Source: Thermodesulfobacteriota bacterium
GTDB taxonomy: Bacteria > Desulfobacterota > Binatia > Bin18
Length of the DNA: 64,000 nt
Assembly (NCBI GenBank): GCA_964291405.2
Contig: OZ219926.1
Span: forward strand, 608,001-672,000
Reading direction: 5' to 3'
This document shows positions 1-12,989 of the stretch, piece by piece (positions within the stretch are counted from its first letter, which is position 1; each line of letters begins with the position of its first letter). The position numbers and the translations under genes were made by a program. Below the pieces are notes generated by a model that did no database searches, was not told the DNA's origin, and was given only the letters and a program-made list of their open reading frames with translations.

Positions 1-221
1 GCTTTTCTACCCTGCGACCGACCAACGCGCCGATGTTTGCCGATATATTGAATAGTCCGCACTTGCTTAACTTTCACATCAAAAAGCGTCTCAACTGCGT
101 TTTTAATACTTACCTTATTGGCCTGCGGGTGTACACGAAAGACGACCTGATTGCCAACCTCACTTGCCAAGGTTGATTTCTCAGTGATCAATGGCGCGAC
201 AAGGACAGAATAGACATCCAT
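1..221 (-). CDS. rplW: 50S ribosomal protein L23 (3' end runs off the window)
   Basis: Manual translation from ATG at 221: MDVYSVLVAPLITEKSTLASEVGNQVVFRVHPQANKVSIKNAVETLFDVKV...; directly downstream of rplD. Confidence 0.95.
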   Translation of the reverse strand, partial: MDVYSVLVAPLITEKSTLASEVGNQVVFRVHPQANKVSIKNAVETLFDVKVKQVRTIQYIGKHRRVGRSQGRK

Positions 222-222
222 A

Positions 223-864
223 TTACTCCCCACCTAGTCGCTCACTGATCTGTTGCATCGCCGCTTGTGTCACTAATATCTTTCGGTAGCGAAGCAGGTC
301 ATATACATTCAGCCCTTGACTCAGTAGGACTTTTACCCCAGGCAAATTACGCGCGGATTTCTGGACGTTTACGTCTGCATCCGCCAAGACAAGCAAAACG
401 CTATCGCCCATCTCAAGTTGTGCGAGCAGGGTGACCATCTGCTTTGTTTTTGGCTCATCAAACTGAAGGGCGTCGATGACAACCACCTCGTCTTGGCGCA
501 GTTTCTGCGCGAGGGCGGCACGCAGGGCAGTCTTCCGGGCCGATCGCGGCATACGGTAGGCATACGAACGTGGCTGGGGGCCAAACACGGTTGCACCACC
601 GACCCACACCGGAGATCGGTTACTACCTGCCCGCGCCCGTCCCGTTCCTTTTTGTCGCCACGGTTTTCTTCCTCCACCACGCACATGCGCCCGCGTCTTT
701 GTTGCCGCCGTCCCAGAGCGACGATTGGCCAACTGCATTCTCACCGTTTCGAACAAGAGGTGCTCCCGCTGTGGCTGCTCAGAGATCACAGCGGGAAGAG
801 AAATCTCTCCAACCTTCTCGCGTTGATCAGAGAGAACGCTAATAGACGTTTCCTGGGCTGCCAT
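223..864 (-). CDS. rplD: 50S ribosomal protein L4
   Basis: TKTRAHVRGGGRKPWRQKGTGRARAGS motif; S10 operon order. Confidence 0.98.
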   Translation of the reverse strand: MAAQETSISVLSDQREKVGEISLPAVISEQPQREHLLFETVRMQLANRRSGTAATKTRAHVRGGGRKPWRQKGTGRARAGSNRSPVWVGGATVFGPQPRSYAYRMPRSARKTALRAALAQKLRQDEVVVIDALQFDEPKTKQMVTLLAQLEMGDSVLLVLADADVNVQKSARNLPGVKVLLSQGLNVYDLLRYRKILVTQAAMQQISERLGGE

Positions 865-867
865 TGG

Positions 868-1494
868 TTATCCTTGCTTATGGATGAGGACAACTTGTCC
901 CCTCGCACCCGGTATAGACCCACACAGGAAGAGCAGATTTTCATCTGGCTGGACGTCAACTACTTGCAGATTCAGTGCCTTCATCCGATCATTCCCGTAA
1001 TGACCTGCCATTCTCTTCCCTTTGAAAATTTTTCCAGGGTAGGAGCGGTTTCCGATAGCCCCACCATGGCGGAAGTACTCATGCGTTCCATGACTCTTCG
1101 GGAATCCGCCCATGCCGTGTCGTTTCATCACTCCGGCATAGCCCCGACCTTTTGTCCGACCGACAACGTTAACCCGATCTCCAGACTGGAAGACTTGTGC
1201 AACTGTAATTTCACCGCCGACCTCGTAGCCATCGGTGTCATCTATCCGAAACTCGCGGAGGACAGCGAAGGGACCGGCACCAGCCTTCTGAGTATGTCCT
1301 AAAACAGGCTGGGAGACACGTTGTGGTTTTTGACTTCCAAATCCCAGTTGGAGCGCAGTGTAACCATCTCTCTGCTGAGTTTTCTTTTGCACAACGGTAC
1401 ATGGTCCAGCCTGTATCACCGTAACTGGAACGAGGTCCCCCTCAGCGGAGAAAACCTGAGTCATGCCGAGCTTCTTTCCTATTAACCCTTGCAT
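868..1494 (-). CDS. rplC: 50S ribosomal protein L3
   Basis: GLIGKKLGMTQVF, GKRMAGHYG motifs. Confidence 0.98.
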   Translation of the reverse strand: MQGLIGKKLGMTQVFSAEGDLVPVTVIQAGPCTVVQKKTQQRDGYTALQLGFGSQKPQRVSQPVLGHTQKAGAGPFAVLREFRIDDTDGYEVGGEITVAQVFQSGDRVNVVGRTKGRGYAGVMKRHGMGGFPKSHGTHEYFRHGGAIGNRSYPGKIFKGKRMAGHYGNDRMKALNLQVVDVQPDENLLFLCGSIPGARGQVVLIHKQG

Positions 1495-1508
1495 TGTCTC
1501 CTCTCCCG

Positions 1509-1829
1509 CTACTCCAGCTTGATCTCAACATCGACTCCGGCGGCCAATTCCAGTTTCCCAAGCGCATCAATGGTTTGCTGAGTCGGGTCAAGGATATCAA
1601 GCAAGCGCTTGTGGGTTCGTATCTCAAACTGTTCCCGCGACTTTTTATCAACATGAGGTGAACGGTTCACCGTGAACCGTTCGATCCGCGTCGGGAGCGG
1701 GATAGGGCCAGCGACCCGCCCCCCGGTCCGCCTCACTGTTTCGACAATCTCTCTGACCGATTGATCGAGTACCCGATGGTCATAGGCTTTGAGGCGGATA
1801 CGGATCTTTTCATTCATAATAGTGGTCAT
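1509..1829 (-). CDS. rpsJ: 30S ribosomal protein S10
   Basis: [32 protein letters not shown]; start could be the later ATG at 1817. Confidence 0.98.
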   Translation of the reverse strand: MTTIMNEKIRIRLKAYDHRVLDQSVREIVETVRRTGGRVAGPIPLPTRIERFTVNRSPHVDKKSREQFEIRTHKRLLDILDPTQQTIDALGKLELAAGVDVEIKLE

Positions 1830-1835
1830 AGGACC

Positions 1836-3020
1836 CTACTCCAGAATTTTGGTGACGACCCCGGCCCCTACCGTGCGGCCCCCCTCCCGAATCGCAAACC
1901 GTAACCCCTCATCCATCGCAATCGGCGTCAGTAACGCCACCGTCATCTGCGTGTTGTCCCCCGGCATCACCATCTCCGTCCCCTCTTGTAACGTCACCGA
2001 CCCCGTCACGTCCGTCGTCCGAAAATAAAACTGCGGCCGATACCCATTGAAAAACGGCGTGTGGCGCCCCCCCTCATCCTTCGTCAACACATACACCTCG
2101 GCCTCATACTTCGTGTGCGGCGTGATACTCCCCGGCTTGGCCAACACCTGCCCCCGCTCAATCTCCTCCCGCTTGATCCCCCGTAGTAAACACCCCACGT
2201 TGTCCCCCGCGACCCCTTCGTCTAAGAGCTTGCGGAACATCTCAACACCGGTCACCGTCGTCTTCTGCGTCTCCCGAATCCCGACGATCTCCACCTCTTC
2301 CCCCACTTTGATCCGCCCGCGCTCCACGCGCCCCGTCGCCACCGTCCCGCGTCCCGAAATCGTAAACACGTCTTCGACGGACATTAAAAACTCTTGGTCC
2401 ACATCCCGCGCCGGCTCGGGAATAAAACTGTCCACCGCGGCCATCAACTCCAGTACTTGCGCCTCCCCGTCGGCCTCCCCTTCCAGTGCCCGCAACGCAC
2501 TCCCCCGAATGATCGGTGTGTCATCACCCGGAAAGTCATACTTCGACAGCAACTCCCGCATCTCTAACTCGACTAAGTCCAACAACTCCTCGTCATCCAC
2601 CATGTCCACCTTGTTCATAAACACTACGATCGCGGGGACTCCCACTTGCCGGGCCAGTAAAATATGCTCCCGGGTCTGCGGCATCGGCCCGTCCGAGGCC
2701 GCCACCACCAATATCGCTCCGTCCATCTGCGCCGCCCCGGTGATCATGTTCTTGATATAGTCCGCATGCCCCGGACAATCCACGTGCGCATAGTGCCGCT
2801 GCTCGGTCTCATATTCCACGTGCGCCGTGTTGATCGTGATCCCCCGCTCCTTCTCCTCCGGCGCTTTGTCAATCTCATCAAACGCCACCGCCTCGGCCAT
2901 CGCCCGCTCGGCTAAGACCTTCGTGATCGCTGCCGTCAGCGTCGTCTTCCCATGGTCAATATGCCCAATCGTCCCCACATTCATGTGCGGCTTCGTCCGC
3001 TCAAACCGCTCCTTCGCCAT
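1836..3020 (-). CDS. tuf: Elongation factor Tu (copy 1)
   Basis: [21 protein letters not shown] GTPase motifs; 394 aa. Confidence 0.99.
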   Translation of the reverse strand: MAKERFERTKPHMNVGTIGHIDHGKTTLTAAITKVLAERAMAEAVAFDEIDKAPEEKERGITINTAHVEYETEQRHYAHVDCPGHADYIKNMITGAAQMDGAILVVAASDGPMPQTREHILLARQVGVPAIVVFMNKVDMVDDEELLDLVELEMRELLSKYDFPGDDTPIIRGSALRALEGEADGEAQVLELMAAVDSFIPEPARDVDQEFLMSVEDVFTISGRGTVATGRVERGRIKVGEEVEIVGIRETQKTTVTGVEMFRKLLDEGVAGDNVGCLLRGIKREEIERGQVLAKPGSITPHTKYEAEVYVLTKDEGGRHTPFFNGYRPQFYFRTTDVTGSVTLQEGTEMVMPGDNTQMTVALLTPIAMDEGLRFAIREGGRTVGAGVVTKILE

Positions 3021-3044
3021 CGCTCTCCCTTTCTGCGTAATGCG
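1837..3044. repeat. Direct repeat copy A (tuf plus 24 nt upstream), matching 15766..16973
   Basis: Identical proteins and identical shadow ORFs at offset 13929; shared upstream CGCATTACGCAGAAAGGGAGAGCG; stop codons differ (TAG vs TAA). Confidence 0.93.
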
Positions 3045-3155
3045 ATAAAAGTATTCGTACGAACGGAGGGGGCCTGTACGACCCCCTCATCGTTGGAACT
3101 CGTCTTCGGAGAAGCGTATCAGAACCTGGTACGCTTCCTTATTCTGAAGTTCGCA

Positions 3156-3183
3156 ATTCTAAATGCTATTTCAGAAGAGTCAA
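3156..3183 (-). promoter_or_regulatory. Putative sigma70 promoter for tuf-S10 operon
   Basis: TTGACT-N16-TAGAAT on - strand, about 135 nt upstream of the tuf ATG. Confidence 0.55.
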
Positions 3184-3330
3184 CCGCCTACGGCAGTAGA
3201 TATTTAGGACCGTTCCCCTCTACTCTTCCCTCGTCTTTTCTTCAGGTCACACGAGACACCAGGAGTGTTCACATGTAGTCGAAATATGAAAAAGAAATCC
3301 GTTATCCGTCCGATGTCATAGGTAGCTTTA

Positions 3331-3801
3331 TTACCAACGATAATGGGCAAATGCTTTATTCGCTTCCGCCATGCGGTGCGTATCTTCACGTTTCTTCACG
3401 GCACCCCCTCGATTCTGAGACGCCTCAAAGAGTTCGCCGGCCAGCTTCTCTTCCATGCTCTTTTCCGAGCGCTGCCTGGAAGATTGGACAAGCCAGCGCA
3501 TCGCCAGGGAGTTTCGCCGGACTTGGCGTACTTCAACTGGCACCTGGTAGGTCGCACCACCAACTCTACGTGAGCGGACCTCAACAAGCGGTTTGACATT
3601 TTCTAATGCACGCTTAAAAACCTCGAGTGCTCCCTCCCCCGTTCTCTGCTGGATCAGGTCCATTGCGCCGTAGATGATCTTCTCGACTTTTCCCTTTTCT
3701 CCGTCGAGCATCATCATATTGGCGAATTTTGATACACTCATATCGTGGTATTTCGGGTCCGGTAGGATTTCGCGTCGCGCGGCAGGTCCCTTACGTGGCA
3801 T
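3331..3801 (-). CDS. rpsG: 30S ribosomal protein S7
   Basis: MPRKG start, [26 protein letters not shown]. Confidence 0.99.
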   Translation of the reverse strand: MPRKGPAARREILPDPKYHDMSVSKFANMMMLDGEKGKVEKIIYGAMDLIQQRTGEGALEVFKRALENVKPLVEVRSRRVGGATYQVPVEVRQVRRNSLAMRWLVQSSRQRSEKSMEEKLAGELFEASQNRGGAVKKREDTHRMAEANKAFAHYRW

Positions 3802-3816
3802 ACTTTTTCCTCTCGT

Positions 3817-4188
3817 TCACTTGGGCTTCTTTGCGCCATATTTTGAGCGGCCCTGCTTTCGCTCCTGGACACCGATGGAGTCAAGCGTGCCACGGATAAT
3901 ATGATATCGGACGCCGGGTAAATCCTTGACTCGACCGCCACGGATAAGCACAACGGAGTGTTCCTGCAGATTGTGTCCGATTCCGGGGATATACGCTGTC
4001 ACCTCAATACCATTGGTCAGTCGAACACGGGCGACTTTTCTTAAGGCCGAGTTCGGCTTTTTCGGAGTCGTCGTATAGACCCGGGTACACACCCCACGCC
4101 GTTGAGGACAGGATTGCAAAGCTGGAGCGGTCAATTTTCTGCGTTGTTGCACTCTTCCTTTTCGTACGAGTTGCTGAACCGTAGGCAT
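3817..4188 (-). CDS. rpsL: 30S ribosomal protein S12
   Basis: [24 protein letters not shown]. Confidence 0.99.
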   Translation of the reverse strand: MPTVQQLVRKGRVQQRRKLTAPALQSCPQRRGVCTRVYTTTPKKPNSALRKVARVRLTNGIEVTAYIPGIGHNLQEHSVVLIRGGRVKDLPGVRYHIIRGTLDSIGVQERKQGRSKYGAKKPK

Positions 4189-4275
4189 TCATCCTCCTTG
4201 CGACTCTCGGCCTGCCGTTCTCAAAGAGGGAACGTGTCCTCCAATACATGATGCTGCTGGACACGTTCCCTCTTT

Positions 4276-7200
4276 CTATGCTTCGAGTATTTGGGCAATG
4301 GGCAAAGGTTCTTCTTCCTCGAGCAAAACTTCCGGGCTTCCGGCAGTGAGCTGCGTATAACTCGGGGTACCGGTTCCGGCAGGAATGAGCCGTCCCATGA
4401 TGACATTCTCTTTGAGCCCCAACAGGTGATCAACCTTGCCATTAATAGCCGCTTCCGTTAGCACCTTAGTCGTTTCTTGGAACGAAGCGGCTGAGATGAA
4501 ACTGTCTGTCGAGAGACTCGCTTTTGTAATTCCCATCAGGAGCGATTTCGCTTCTGGGGGGGTTCCTCCATCAGCCAGCACACGTTCTGTCTCTTCTTGG
4601 AAGCGCCACTTCTCGACTTGCTCGCCAACCAAGAAATCAGAATCTCCAACCTCGGTCACGAGCACACGCCGCATCATTTGTCTCACAATCACTTCGATGT
4701 GCTTATCATGGATACGCACCCCCTGGAGGCGGTAGATTTCCTGAATTGCGTCCACCAAGGACTTTGCGAGTTCGCGCTCTCCGAGAACACCAAGGATGTC
4801 ATGCGGATTTGAGGACCCATCCATCAGCGGCTCTCCCGGCCGGACGTAATCGCCTTCTCGTACGCTGATATGTTTTCCCCGAGGAATGAGATACTCCCGC
4901 GCTTCGCCCACTTCAGGGGTAATCAACACCTTCCTTTTTCCTTTGGTATCTTTCCCAAAAGAAACCGTCCCCTCAATTTCGCTGATAACGGCGAACTCTT
5001 TCGGCTTTCGCGCCTCAAAGAGCTCGGCAACCCGAGGCAGCCCACCAGTAATATCTTTCGTTTTGGTAGTTTCTCGTGGGATCTTTGCCAGCACATCCCC
5101 TGCCTCAACCCGTTGGCCCGCGCTCACATTAATATTGGAGCCAACCGGCAGCAGATAGCGGGCGTCCAATCCATTCGACAGCTTCGCCGTTTTACCGCTG
5201 TCATCTTTGATTGATACCCGTGGGCGCATATTTGGATCACGGAATTCGATAATGACCCGTGTAGATAGACCCGTCCGCTCATCTACCTTTTCTTGCATGG
5301 TCCTATCGTCGATATCACCGAATTTTACCTCACCGCTGACCTCAGTCAGGATGGGGACGGTGTAGGGGTCCCATTCCGCGATTAAATCGTTGGTTTTGAC
5401 CTTGGCCCCGTCTTTCTTTTTCAGCTTTGCACCATAGACGATCTGATACCGTTCTCTTTCACGCTCCCGTCCTGGCTCGAGAACCTCAGTCACAGCAACC
5501 TCTCCGTTGCGGTTCATTACAACGAGATTGCCATCCCGGTCGACCACGGTCTTGAGATTGATGTAGCGGAGTACGCCCTCATGCCGAACCGTTAGTGTCG
5601 TCTGCTCGGCCAGCCGGCTGGCCGTCCCACCAATGTGGAACGTCCGCATTGTCAGTTGGGTGCCTGGCTCGCCAATTGACTGCGCAGCAATGATGCCGAC
5701 CGCTTCACCTAAATGTACCATCCGCCCACGGGCAAGGTCCCGGCCGTAGCACCGTGCACATATGCCTCGCCTGGTCGTACAGGTCAGCGCAGACCGTATC
5801 CATACACGCTCAATCCCGGCTTCTTCTATGCGTACGACGCGGTCTTCGTCAATTTCTTCGTTTGCGCGAACAACAACCTCTTGGGTAAAAGGATCACGAA
5901 TATCATCGAGGGCAACACGTCCTAAGACACGCTCCCCAAGGCCTTCTATTATTTCCCCGCCCTCAACCAGTGGAGTCATCTCTATACCATCAATCGTACC
6001 GCAGTCCTCTTCGCTCACGATCGAGTCCTGAGCGACATCAACAAGCCGTCGGGTCAGATAACCAGAATTCGCTGTCTTGAGAGCGGTATCAGCTAACCCC
6101 TTCCGCGCCCCGTGGGTTGAAATAAAGTATTGGAGCACGGAGAGTCCTTCACGGAAGTTAGCCGTAATCGGTGTTTCGATGATTTCCCCCGATGGCTTTG
6201 CCATGAGACCGCGCATACCCGCGAGCTGGCGAATCTGCTGCGCACTGCCGCGCGATCCAGAGTCTGCCATCATATAGATGGGGCTAAACCCGGCTTTGTC
6301 TTCCTGAAGTCCTCTGAACATCTCATTGGCCGCTTCATCGGTGACCGAGGCCCAGGTATCAACAACCTTATTGTGCCGCTCACCGTCTGTAATCAGACCT
6401 TTTGTATATTGGTCCTGAATCTCTTGCAGACTCTTTTGCGCTTGATCCAAGAGATGGCCCTTTTCTTGCGGAATCACCATGTCTTTGATGCCGATTGAAA
6501 TACCGGCCCGCGTGGCATATTCGAAGCCAAGATCTTTCAAACGGTCCGCGAAAATCACGGTGGCCTTGTTGCCTGCTCTCAAAAAGGCAGCATCAATCAA
6601 GGTGCCAAGTTCTTTTTTCTTCATCACTCGGTTGATATCCGAGAAAGGAATCTCCGGCGGTACAATTTCCGCCAGCAAGACCCGACCCACCGTTGTTTCG
6701 ACCCGTTCACCATCCAGGCGCACTGTGATCTTCGCCTGCAAGTCAACCGTGCCCTGGTCGTAGGCAACCCGGACCTCACCCGGACTGCTGAAAACTTTTC
6801 CCTCACCGAGCGCACCGGAGCGCTCACGGGTCGCGTTATACAGTCCAAGGACAACGTCTTGGGTGGGGGCGATGACCGCCTTGCCGTGAGCAGGTGAGAG
6901 AATATTATTGGTTGACATCATCAAGCTACGAGCCTCAACCTGGGCCTCAACCGACAGCGGGACATGCACAGCCATTTGGTCGCCGTCAAAGTCGGCATTA
7001 TAGGCCATACAGACGAGGGGATGCAGTTGAATAGCCTTACCTTCAATCAGGATGGGTTCAAAGGCCTGGATGCCGAGTCGGTGCAAGGTTGGGGCGCGGT
7101 TGAGTAGAACCGGATGTTCCTTGATCACCTCGTCCAGGATATCCCAGACTTCAGGCCGTTCCTTCTCCACCATCTTCTTGGCACTCTTGATCGTGGTCGT

Positions 7201-8373
7201 ATACCCCCGTTCCTCAAGCTTGTTGTAGATGAACGGTTTGAACAATTCCAAAGCCATATACTTCGGCAGACCGCATTGGTGGAGGCGTAATTCCGGTCCG
7301 ACGACAATGACCGAACGGCCTGAATAATCGACGCGCTTTCCGAGGAGATTTTGGCGAAAACGTCCACTTTTGCCTTTCAGCATGTCGGACAAAGACTTGA
7401 GAGGACGTTTGTTTGGGCCAGTCAACGGACGGCCACGACGGCCGTTATCAAAGAGGGCGTCGACCGCCTCTTGGAGCATGCGCTTCTCGTTTCGAATAAT
7501 GATATCCGGTGCGCTCAGCTCCATAAGCCGTTTGAGCCGGTTGTTGCGATTAATCACTCGACGATACAGGTCATTCAGATCTGAAGTCGCAAAGCGCCCC
7601 CCATCGAGCGGGACGAGGGGACGAAGGTCTGGTGGAATGACGGGGATGACTTCCAGAATCATCTCTTCCGGACTGTTGCCAGACTGCCGAAAGGCATTGA
7701 CGACCTTGAGACGTTTCGCGGTTTTCTTCCGTCGGGCTTCGCTCGATGTCTCGACCATTTCAACCCGAAGCTCCCGTGCTAACTGTTCCAGGTCAAAGTC
7801 TTGTAATAGTTCGCGGACCGCCTCCGCACCCATCCCTGCTCGGAAGCTCCCCGGACCAAATTCCTCAACAGCTTTCCGGTACTGGGTTTCACTCAGCAGC
7901 CCTTTTTGCTCGAGTGGCGTTTCGCCTGGATCAAGAATGATATAGGACTCGAAGTACAGTACGCGCTCAAGTTCTTTGAGCGTCATATCCATGAGTGTCC
8001 CGATCCGGCTGGGAAGGCTCTTCAAAAACCAGATGTGTGCCACCGGGCTGGCAAGGTCAATATGGCCCATTCGTTCACGACGGACTTTCGACTGAATGAC
8101 CTCGACCCCGCACTTCTCGCAGACAACGCCTCGATGACGCATCCGTTTGTATTTGCCACAATTACACTCGTAGTCTTTGGTTGGTCCAAATATTTTTGCG
8201 CAAAAAAGCCCGTCACGCTCAGGCTTAAACGTGCGATAATTGATGGTTTCAGGTTTCTTGACCTCGCCATGGGACCAAGAGCAAACCATCTCTTTGGACG
8301 CCAACGAGACCTGGATGGCATTAAAACGGAGCGGATTTTGGGGTTTTTCAAAAAGACCCAGAAAATCTTCCAT
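4276..8373 (-). CDS. rpoC: RNA polymerase beta' subunit
   Basis: Catalytic NADFDGD motif, N-terminal zinc-finger cysteines, 1365 aa. Confidence 0.99.
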   Translation of the reverse strand: MEDFLGLFEKPQNPLRFNAIQVSLASKEMVCSWSHGEVKKPETINYRTFKPERDGLFCAKIFGPTKDYECNCGKYKRMRHRGVVCEKCGVEVIQSKVRRERMGHIDLASPVAHIWFLKSLPSRIGTLMDMTLKELERVLYFESYIILDPGETPLEQKGLLSETQYRKAVEEFGPGSFRAGMGAEAVRELLQDFDLEQLARELRVEMVETSSEARRKKTAKRLKVVNAFRQSGNSPEEMILEVIPVIPPDLRPLVPLDGGRFATSDLNDLYRRVINRNNRLKRLMELSAPDIIIRNEKRMLQEAVDALFDNGRRGRPLTGPNKRPLKSLSDMLKGKSGRFRQNLLGKRVDYSGRSVIVVGPELRLHQCGLPKYMALELFKPFIYNKLEERGYTTTIKSAKKMVEKERPEVWDILDEVIKEHPVLLNRAPTLHRLGIQAFEPILIEGKAIQLHPLVCMAYNADFDGDQMAVHVPLSVEAQVEARSLMMSTNNILSPAHGKAVIAPTQDVVLGLYNATRERSGALGEGKVFSSPGEVRVAYDQGTVDLQAKITVRLDGERVETTVGRVLLAEIVPPEIPFSDINRVMKKKELGTLIDAAFLRAGNKATVIFADRLKDLGFEYATRAGISIGIKDMVIPQEKGHLLDQAQKSLQEIQDQYTKGLITDGERHNKVVDTWASVTDEAANEMFRGLQEDKAGFSPIYMMADSGSRGSAQQIRQLAGMRGLMAKPSGEIIETPITANFREGLSVLQYFISTHGARKGLADTALKTANSGYLTRRLVDVAQDSIVSEEDCGTIDGIEMTPLVEGGEIIEGLGERVLGRVALDDIRDPFTQEVVVRANEEIDEDRVVRIEEAGIERVWIRSALTCTTRRGICARCYGRDLARGRMVHLGEAVGIIAAQSIGEPGTQLTMRTFHIGGTASRLAEQTTLTVRHEGVLRYINLKTVVDRDGNLVVMNRNGEVAVTEVLEPGRERERERYQIVYGAKLKKKDGAKVKTNDLIAEWDPYTVPILTEVSGEVKFGDIDDRTMQEKVDERTGLSTRVIIEFRDPNMRPRVSIKDDSGKTAKLSNGLDARYLLPVGSNINVSAGQRVEAGDVLAKIPRETTKTKDITGGLPRVAELFEARKPKEFAVISEIEGTVSFGKDTKGKRKVLITPEVGEAREYLIPRGKHISVREGDYVRPGEPLMDGSSNPHDILGVLGERELAKSLVDAIQEIYRLQGVRIHDKHIEVIVRQMMRRVLVTEVGDSDFLVGEQVEKWRFQEETERVLADGGTPPEAKSLLMGITKASLSTDSFISAASFQETTKVLTEAAINGKVDHLLGLKENVIMGRLIPAGTGTPSYTQLTAGSPEVLLEEEEPLPIAQILEA

Positions 8374-8390
8374 TTCGTCCTCACCTCACC

Positions 8391-11300
8391 TTATTGATTT
8401 TCTTCAAGCAACTCGACATTGAGTGCCAGGCTCTGGAGCTCGCGAATCATCACATTAAATGACTCGGGCAGACCAGGTTCCAGAACATTTTCACCTTTGA
8501 CAATCGCTTCATACATCCGCGTCCGGCCGGCAACATCGTCCGATTTTACCGTGAGCATCTCTTGCAGGCTGTACGCAGCACCATAGGCTTCCAGTGCCCA
8601 CACTTCCATTTCGCCAAGCCGTTGTCCCCCAAATTGCGCTTTGCCACCGAGAGGCTGTTGCGTCACCAGAGAATACGGCCCGGTTGAGCGCGCATGAATC
8701 TTATCTTCAACAAGATGATGCAATTTCAGGATATACATTACACCAACGGTCACTGGCTGGCTGAATGGTTCCCCTGTTCGCCCATCGTAGAGCCTTGTCT
8801 GTCCGTCTACCTTACCAGTAACGGGATTGAACAGGTCGGCCTGCTCAAGCAAAGAGAAAATTTCTGTCTCCGGGGCGCCATCAAAGACCGGAGTTGCAAC
8901 GTGAGAGCCGTGTTTCGAGCGACTGGCCAACTCTTTGACCTCGGCCTCCGGGAGCTCATCAATCAGCTGAGAAACCTCTGTTGAACGAGCAAAGTCCTTA
9001 AGCCGCGCACGAAGACTGTCGGTCGCGGCCTCCCCCTTTTCCTCCGCATCATTCCCAACCTGTTTGCCAAGGGACTGCACCGCCCAACCGAGATGGGTTT
9101 CCAGGATTTGTCCGACATTCATACGAGAGGGTACGCCGAGGGGATTCAGGACAACATCGACCGGAGTACCATCCTCAAGATACGGCATATCCTCTTCTGG
9201 AAGAATTCGGGACAGCACCCCCTTGTTTCCGTGTCTTCCAGCCATCTTGTCACCAACCTGGAGGCGACGTTTGATGGCGATAAAGACCTTCACCATCTTG
9301 ATAATTCCTGGGGGCAGTTCGTCTCCACTCTTCAGTCTCTCAACTTTTCTTTCGCATTCCTCACGGATGGCGCCAACATGGTCGGCAAGGGAATCTGCTG
9401 TCTTCCGTATCTCCTCTTCTATTGTCTCATCTCCTACTCGGACCCTGCGCCACAACTGCTCTGGCAGCGACTCCAGAAGCTCTTCCGTAATCTCCTGCCC
9501 TTTGGCGATCACTACGCGCCGAGACTCATCTTCACTGACCCGCATCGTTGCCGCCTTCCCAACCAACAGTTGCGTGATCTTGCCACGCGTACTGTCTCGG
9601 ATAATATGAATCTCCTCGTCTCGATCTTGTTGCAGCCGTTGGACCTCGGCCTCTTCGAGATCCTGACTACGCTCGTCCTTGGTCTCACCTTTCCGTGAGA
9701 ATACACGGACATCAATCACCGTACCTTCAACTCCAGGGGGAACACGGAGCGAGGTATCCCGAACCTCTCCGGCTTTTTCACCAAAAATTGCTCGGAGTAA
9801 TTTCTCTTCTGGAGAAAGTTGCGTCTCGCCTTTGGGGGTTATTTTTCCAACGAGGATATCACCCGGCCGTACTTCAGCACCGATTCTGACGATCCCACTC
9901 TCGTCAAGATCCTTGAGTGCCTCTTCTCCAACATTCGGAATATCTTGAGTGATTTCCTCTGGTCCGAGTTTTGTGTCCCGAGCGACGCACTCAAATTCCT
10001 CGATATGGACCGATGTAAAGACGTCGTCGCGAATAAGTCGCTCACTCACCAGGATGGAATCCTCGAAGTTATAGCCCCCCCAAATCATAAAGGCGACCAG
10101 GACGTTCCTCCCCAGCGCAAGTTCTCCCATCTCTGTGGCTGGGCCATCGGCGATAACGTCTCCCACCTTAACCCGATCGCCAATTTGAACGATAGGGCGC
10201 TGGTTAATACACGTATTTTGGTTAGAGCGCTGGTATTTCGTGAGGCTATAGATATCAACACCAACGTCTCCCCGTGTGGTCTGTGATTCAGCTTTGATCA
10301 CGACCCGAGTGGAATCCACACTCTCGACAATTCCATCGCGCTGAGCGACAAGGGCAGCCCCAGAGTCCCGAGCCACGACCTGCTCCATTCCAGTGCCAAC
10401 AAGCGGCGCTTCCGTCCGTAGCAGGGGTACCGCCTGCCGCTGCATATTAGATCCCATCAATGCCCGGTTAGCATCATCATGCTCTAAGAAAGGAATCAGT
10501 GCGGCAGCCACACTCACCAGCTGCGTCGGAGAGACATCCATGAGCTGAACCTGATCGGGAGGCACCATCACAAACTCTCCACCCAGTCGAGCAGAAACCA
10601 ATGTATTGACAAAAGCACCTGTGGTATCAACAGGCGCGTTCGCTTGCGCGATAGTCTGACTCTCCTCCTCTAGGGCAGATAAATAGCGGACATCCTCAGT
10701 CACTCGCCCACTCTCTACTGCCCGATAGGGCGTCTCAATGAATCCAAACTCATTGACCCGAGCATAGGTCGAAAGACTCGAAATCAGCCCAATATTGGGC
10801 CCTTCCGGCGTTTCAATCGGACAGACGCGACCATAGTGAGTGGGATGAACGTCACGCACCTCAAAGCCGGCACGTTCCCGGGTCAGCCCACCAGGCCCCA
10901 GCGCGGACAGTCGTCGTTTATGCGTGACCTCCGACAGCGGATTCGTTTGGTCCATGAACTGAGAGAGCTGGCTCGATCCGAAAAACTCCTTGAGCGCCGC
11001 TGAAACCGGCTTATAATTGACCAATTCTTGCGGCATTAAGGTCTCAACATCCTGGAGACTCATCCGCTCTTTTACGGCCCGCTCCATCCGGACTAAGCCA
11101 ATACGAAACTGGTTTTCGACGAGCTCGCCGACCGCGCGAACGCGACGATTGCCTAAATGGTCGATATCGTCCACGACGCCATTGCCGTTTTTGAGTTCGA
11201 CGAGATACCGGACGGTCTCTAAGATATCTTCATGACGGAGGGTCCCTTGATCCAGCGGAGCGGTGAGTCCGAGCTTATGGTTGAGCTTCAGACGCCCCAC

Positions 11301-12539
11301 TCGAGAGAGATTGTAACGCTCGGGATTAAAGAACAGGTTCTGAAAAAACGACGTGGCCGCCTCGTTGGTCGGCGGATCGCCGGGGCGGAGACGGCGATAA
11401 ATCTCAATCATTGCCTCGGCCGGAGAGGCGATCTTGTCCTGGAGGAGCGTATTGCGAAACGAAGAGCCGATATGCGTATCGTCAATAAACAAGACTTCAA
11501 ACTGGGACACGCCACGCTCAATGAGGAGGTCGAGATATTCCTGCGTCACCTCCTCATTACACTGCACGAGGATTTCTTGGTTCGCGGGATCGATGATATC
11601 GTGGGCCGCCACCCGTCCAAGCAGTTCCCCTGGCGAGATGGGTATCTGCTCAAGACCAGCCGCCTCTAACTGTCTCAGTGCCCCGCGGGTAAACTTTCGG
11701 CCTTCCTTTACTAACACATCACCGGTTTCAGGGTTACGAATGTCCTGCGTTGCCCGCAGACCGAGGAGATGGTCTGGCAGAAAAGCTTGTGCTGGTATTT
11801 GTTCCCCTGCGTTGTTGAGAAAGATCGTATCCCTACGATAGAAATAATTCAGTAGCTCCTCGGTCGACATCCCCAACGCTCGCAAGAGCACGGTTGCGTG
11901 AAACTTGCGGCGGCGGTCAATCCGGACATAGAGAATATCTTTTGGATCAAACTCAAAATCAATCCATGATCCACGGTATGGAATGACACGCGCAGAGTAG
12001 AGTAATTTCCCACTCGCATGCGTTTTCCCTTTGTCATGATCGAAAAAGGCTCCGGGGGATCGGTGGAGTTGACTCACAATCACCCGCTCAGTCCCATTGA
12101 CCATAAAGGTGCCATGATTGGTCATTAACGGCACCTCGCCAAAATAGACTTCCTGCTCTTTGACGTTTTTGATCGTCCGCGCACCGCTCCTGGCATCAAC
12201 ATCCCATAGGACGAGTTGAATAGTGACTTTGAGGGGAGCGGCATAGGTCATCCCTCTTTGGTGGCATTCTTCGACTGAGTATTTCGGCTCGCCAAGCGTA
12301 TAATTCACAAACTCCAGGGACGCTGTCTCGTTGAAGTCTTTGATCGGGAAAACGGACCGAAAAACCCCTTGGAGCCCGGCATCAGTCCTCTGGTCAGCAG
12401 GTAGTAACCGTTGGAGAAATTCGTCGTAGGAGTGGCGCTGAATTTCCAACAGATGCGGGAATTCGATAATTTTTTCGATATGACCAAAGGACCGTCGGAT
12501 ACGGAAATTATGCGCTAATTTACCAGCCATATCAGCCAT
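8391..12539 (-). CDS. rpoB: RNA polymerase beta subunit
   Basis: [34 protein letters not shown]. Confidence 0.99.
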   Translation of the reverse strand: MADMAGKLAHNFRIRRSFGHIEKIIEFPHLLEIQRHSYDEFLQRLLPADQRTDAGLQGVFRSVFPIKDFNETASLEFVNYTLGEPKYSVEECHQRGMTYAAPLKVTIQLVLWDVDARSGARTIKNVKEQEVYFGEVPLMTNHGTFMVNGTERVIVSQLHRSPGAFFDHDKGKTHASGKLLYSARVIPYRGSWIDFEFDPKDILYVRIDRRRKFHATVLLRALGMSTEELLNYFYRRDTIFLNNAGEQIPAQAFLPDHLLGLRATQDIRNPETGDVLVKEGRKFTRGALRQLEAAGLEQIPISPGELLGRVAAHDIIDPANQEILVQCNEEVTQEYLDLLIERGVSQFEVLFIDDTHIGSSFRNTLLQDKIASPAEAMIEIYRRLRPGDPPTNEAATSFFQNLFFNPERYNLSRVGRLKLNHKLGLTAPLDQGTLRHEDILETVRYLVELKNGNGVVDDIDHLGNRRVRAVGELVENQFRIGLVRMERAVKERMSLQDVETLMPQELVNYKPVSAALKEFFGSSQLSQFMDQTNPLSEVTHKRRLSALGPGGLTRERAGFEVRDVHPTHYGRVCPIETPEGPNIGLISSLSTYARVNEFGFIETPYRAVESGRVTEDVRYLSALEEESQTIAQANAPVDTTGAFVNTLVSARLGGEFVMVPPDQVQLMDVSPTQLVSVAAALIPFLEHDDANRALMGSNMQRQAVPLLRTEAPLVGTGMEQVVARDSGAALVAQRDGIVESVDSTRVVIKAESQTTRGDVGVDIYSLTKYQRSNQNTCINQRPIVQIGDRVKVGDVIADGPATEMGELALGRNVLVAFMIWGGYNFEDSILVSERLIRDDVFTSVHIEEFECVARDTKLGPEEITQDIPNVGEEALKDLDESGIVRIGAEVRPGDILVGKITPKGETQLSPEEKLLRAIFGEKAGEVRDTSLRVPPGVEGTVIDVRVFSRKGETKDERSQDLEEAEVQRLQQDRDEEIHIIRDSTRGKITQLLVGKAATMRVSEDESRRVVIAKGQEITEELLESLPEQLWRRVRVGDETIEEEIRKTADSLADHVGAIREECERKVERLKSGDELPPGIIKMVKVFIAIKRRLQVGDKMAGRHGNKGVLSRILPEEDMPYLEDGTPVDVVLNPLGVPSRMNVGQILETHLGWAVQSLGKQVGNDAEEKGEAATDSLRARLKDFARSTEVSQLIDELPEAEVKELASRSKHGSHVATPVFDGAPETEIFSLLEQADLFNPVTGKVDGQTRLYDGRTGEPFSQPVTVGVMYILKLHHLVEDKIHARSTGPYSLVTQQPLGGKAQFGGQRLGEMEVWALEAYGAAYSLQEMLTVKSDDVAGRTRMYEAIVKGENVLEPGLPESFNVMIRELQSLALNVELLEENQ

Positions 12540-12563
12540 ACATGCCCTCCTACCACTCCGTTT

Positions 12564-12959
12564 CTACTGCAGCTCGACCGACCCTCCAGCCTCTTCTAGC
12601 TTGTTTTTGACCTCTTCCGCTTCCGCCTTGGATGCGCCTTCTTTGACCGCTTTGGGCGCACTATCGACGAGCTCTTTGGCTTCTTTGAGCCCAAGCCCGG
12701 TCAACTCACGGACGACCTTAATGACTTGGATCTTTTTCTCTCCGGGACCGGTCAGCACGACGTTGAATTCATCCTTCTCCGCTGCCGCAGCAGGCTCAGC
12801 ATCACCCCCAGCGGCTCCTCCCCCCGCAACGACCACAGGAGCCGCGGCGCTGACTCCCCATTTGTCTTCGAGCTTCTTGACTAAATCCGAAGCCTCAAGA
12901 ATCGTGAGGTCAGACAGCGTGGTAATGAGTTCGTCCATCTTCTCTTCTGTCAAAGCCAT
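12564..12959 (-). CDS. rplL: 50S ribosomal protein L7/L12
   Basis: Ala/Gly hinge, [20 protein letters not shown]. Confidence 0.98.
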   Translation of the reverse strand: MALTEEKMDELITTLSDLTILEASDLVKKLEDKWGVSAAAPVVVAGGGAAGGDAEPAAAAEKDEFNVVLTGPGEKKIQVIKVVRELTGLGLKEAKELVDSAPKAVKEGASKAEAEEVKNKLEEAGGSVELQ

Positions 12960-12989
12960 ACATTCCTCCTTCAGGAAAGTAATTTTCAG

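Noticed and set aside
418-1302. 294-aa + strand ORF and many similar long antisense ORFs (2047..2760, 13500..14192, 15976..16689, 57767..58549)
   Set aside because: Shadow frames opposite well-conserved genes; no motifs or SD
3204-3389. 61-aa ORF in the rpsG-tuf gap as a possible fusA remnant
   Set aside because: Overlaps the rpsG end out of frame and has no EF-G motif
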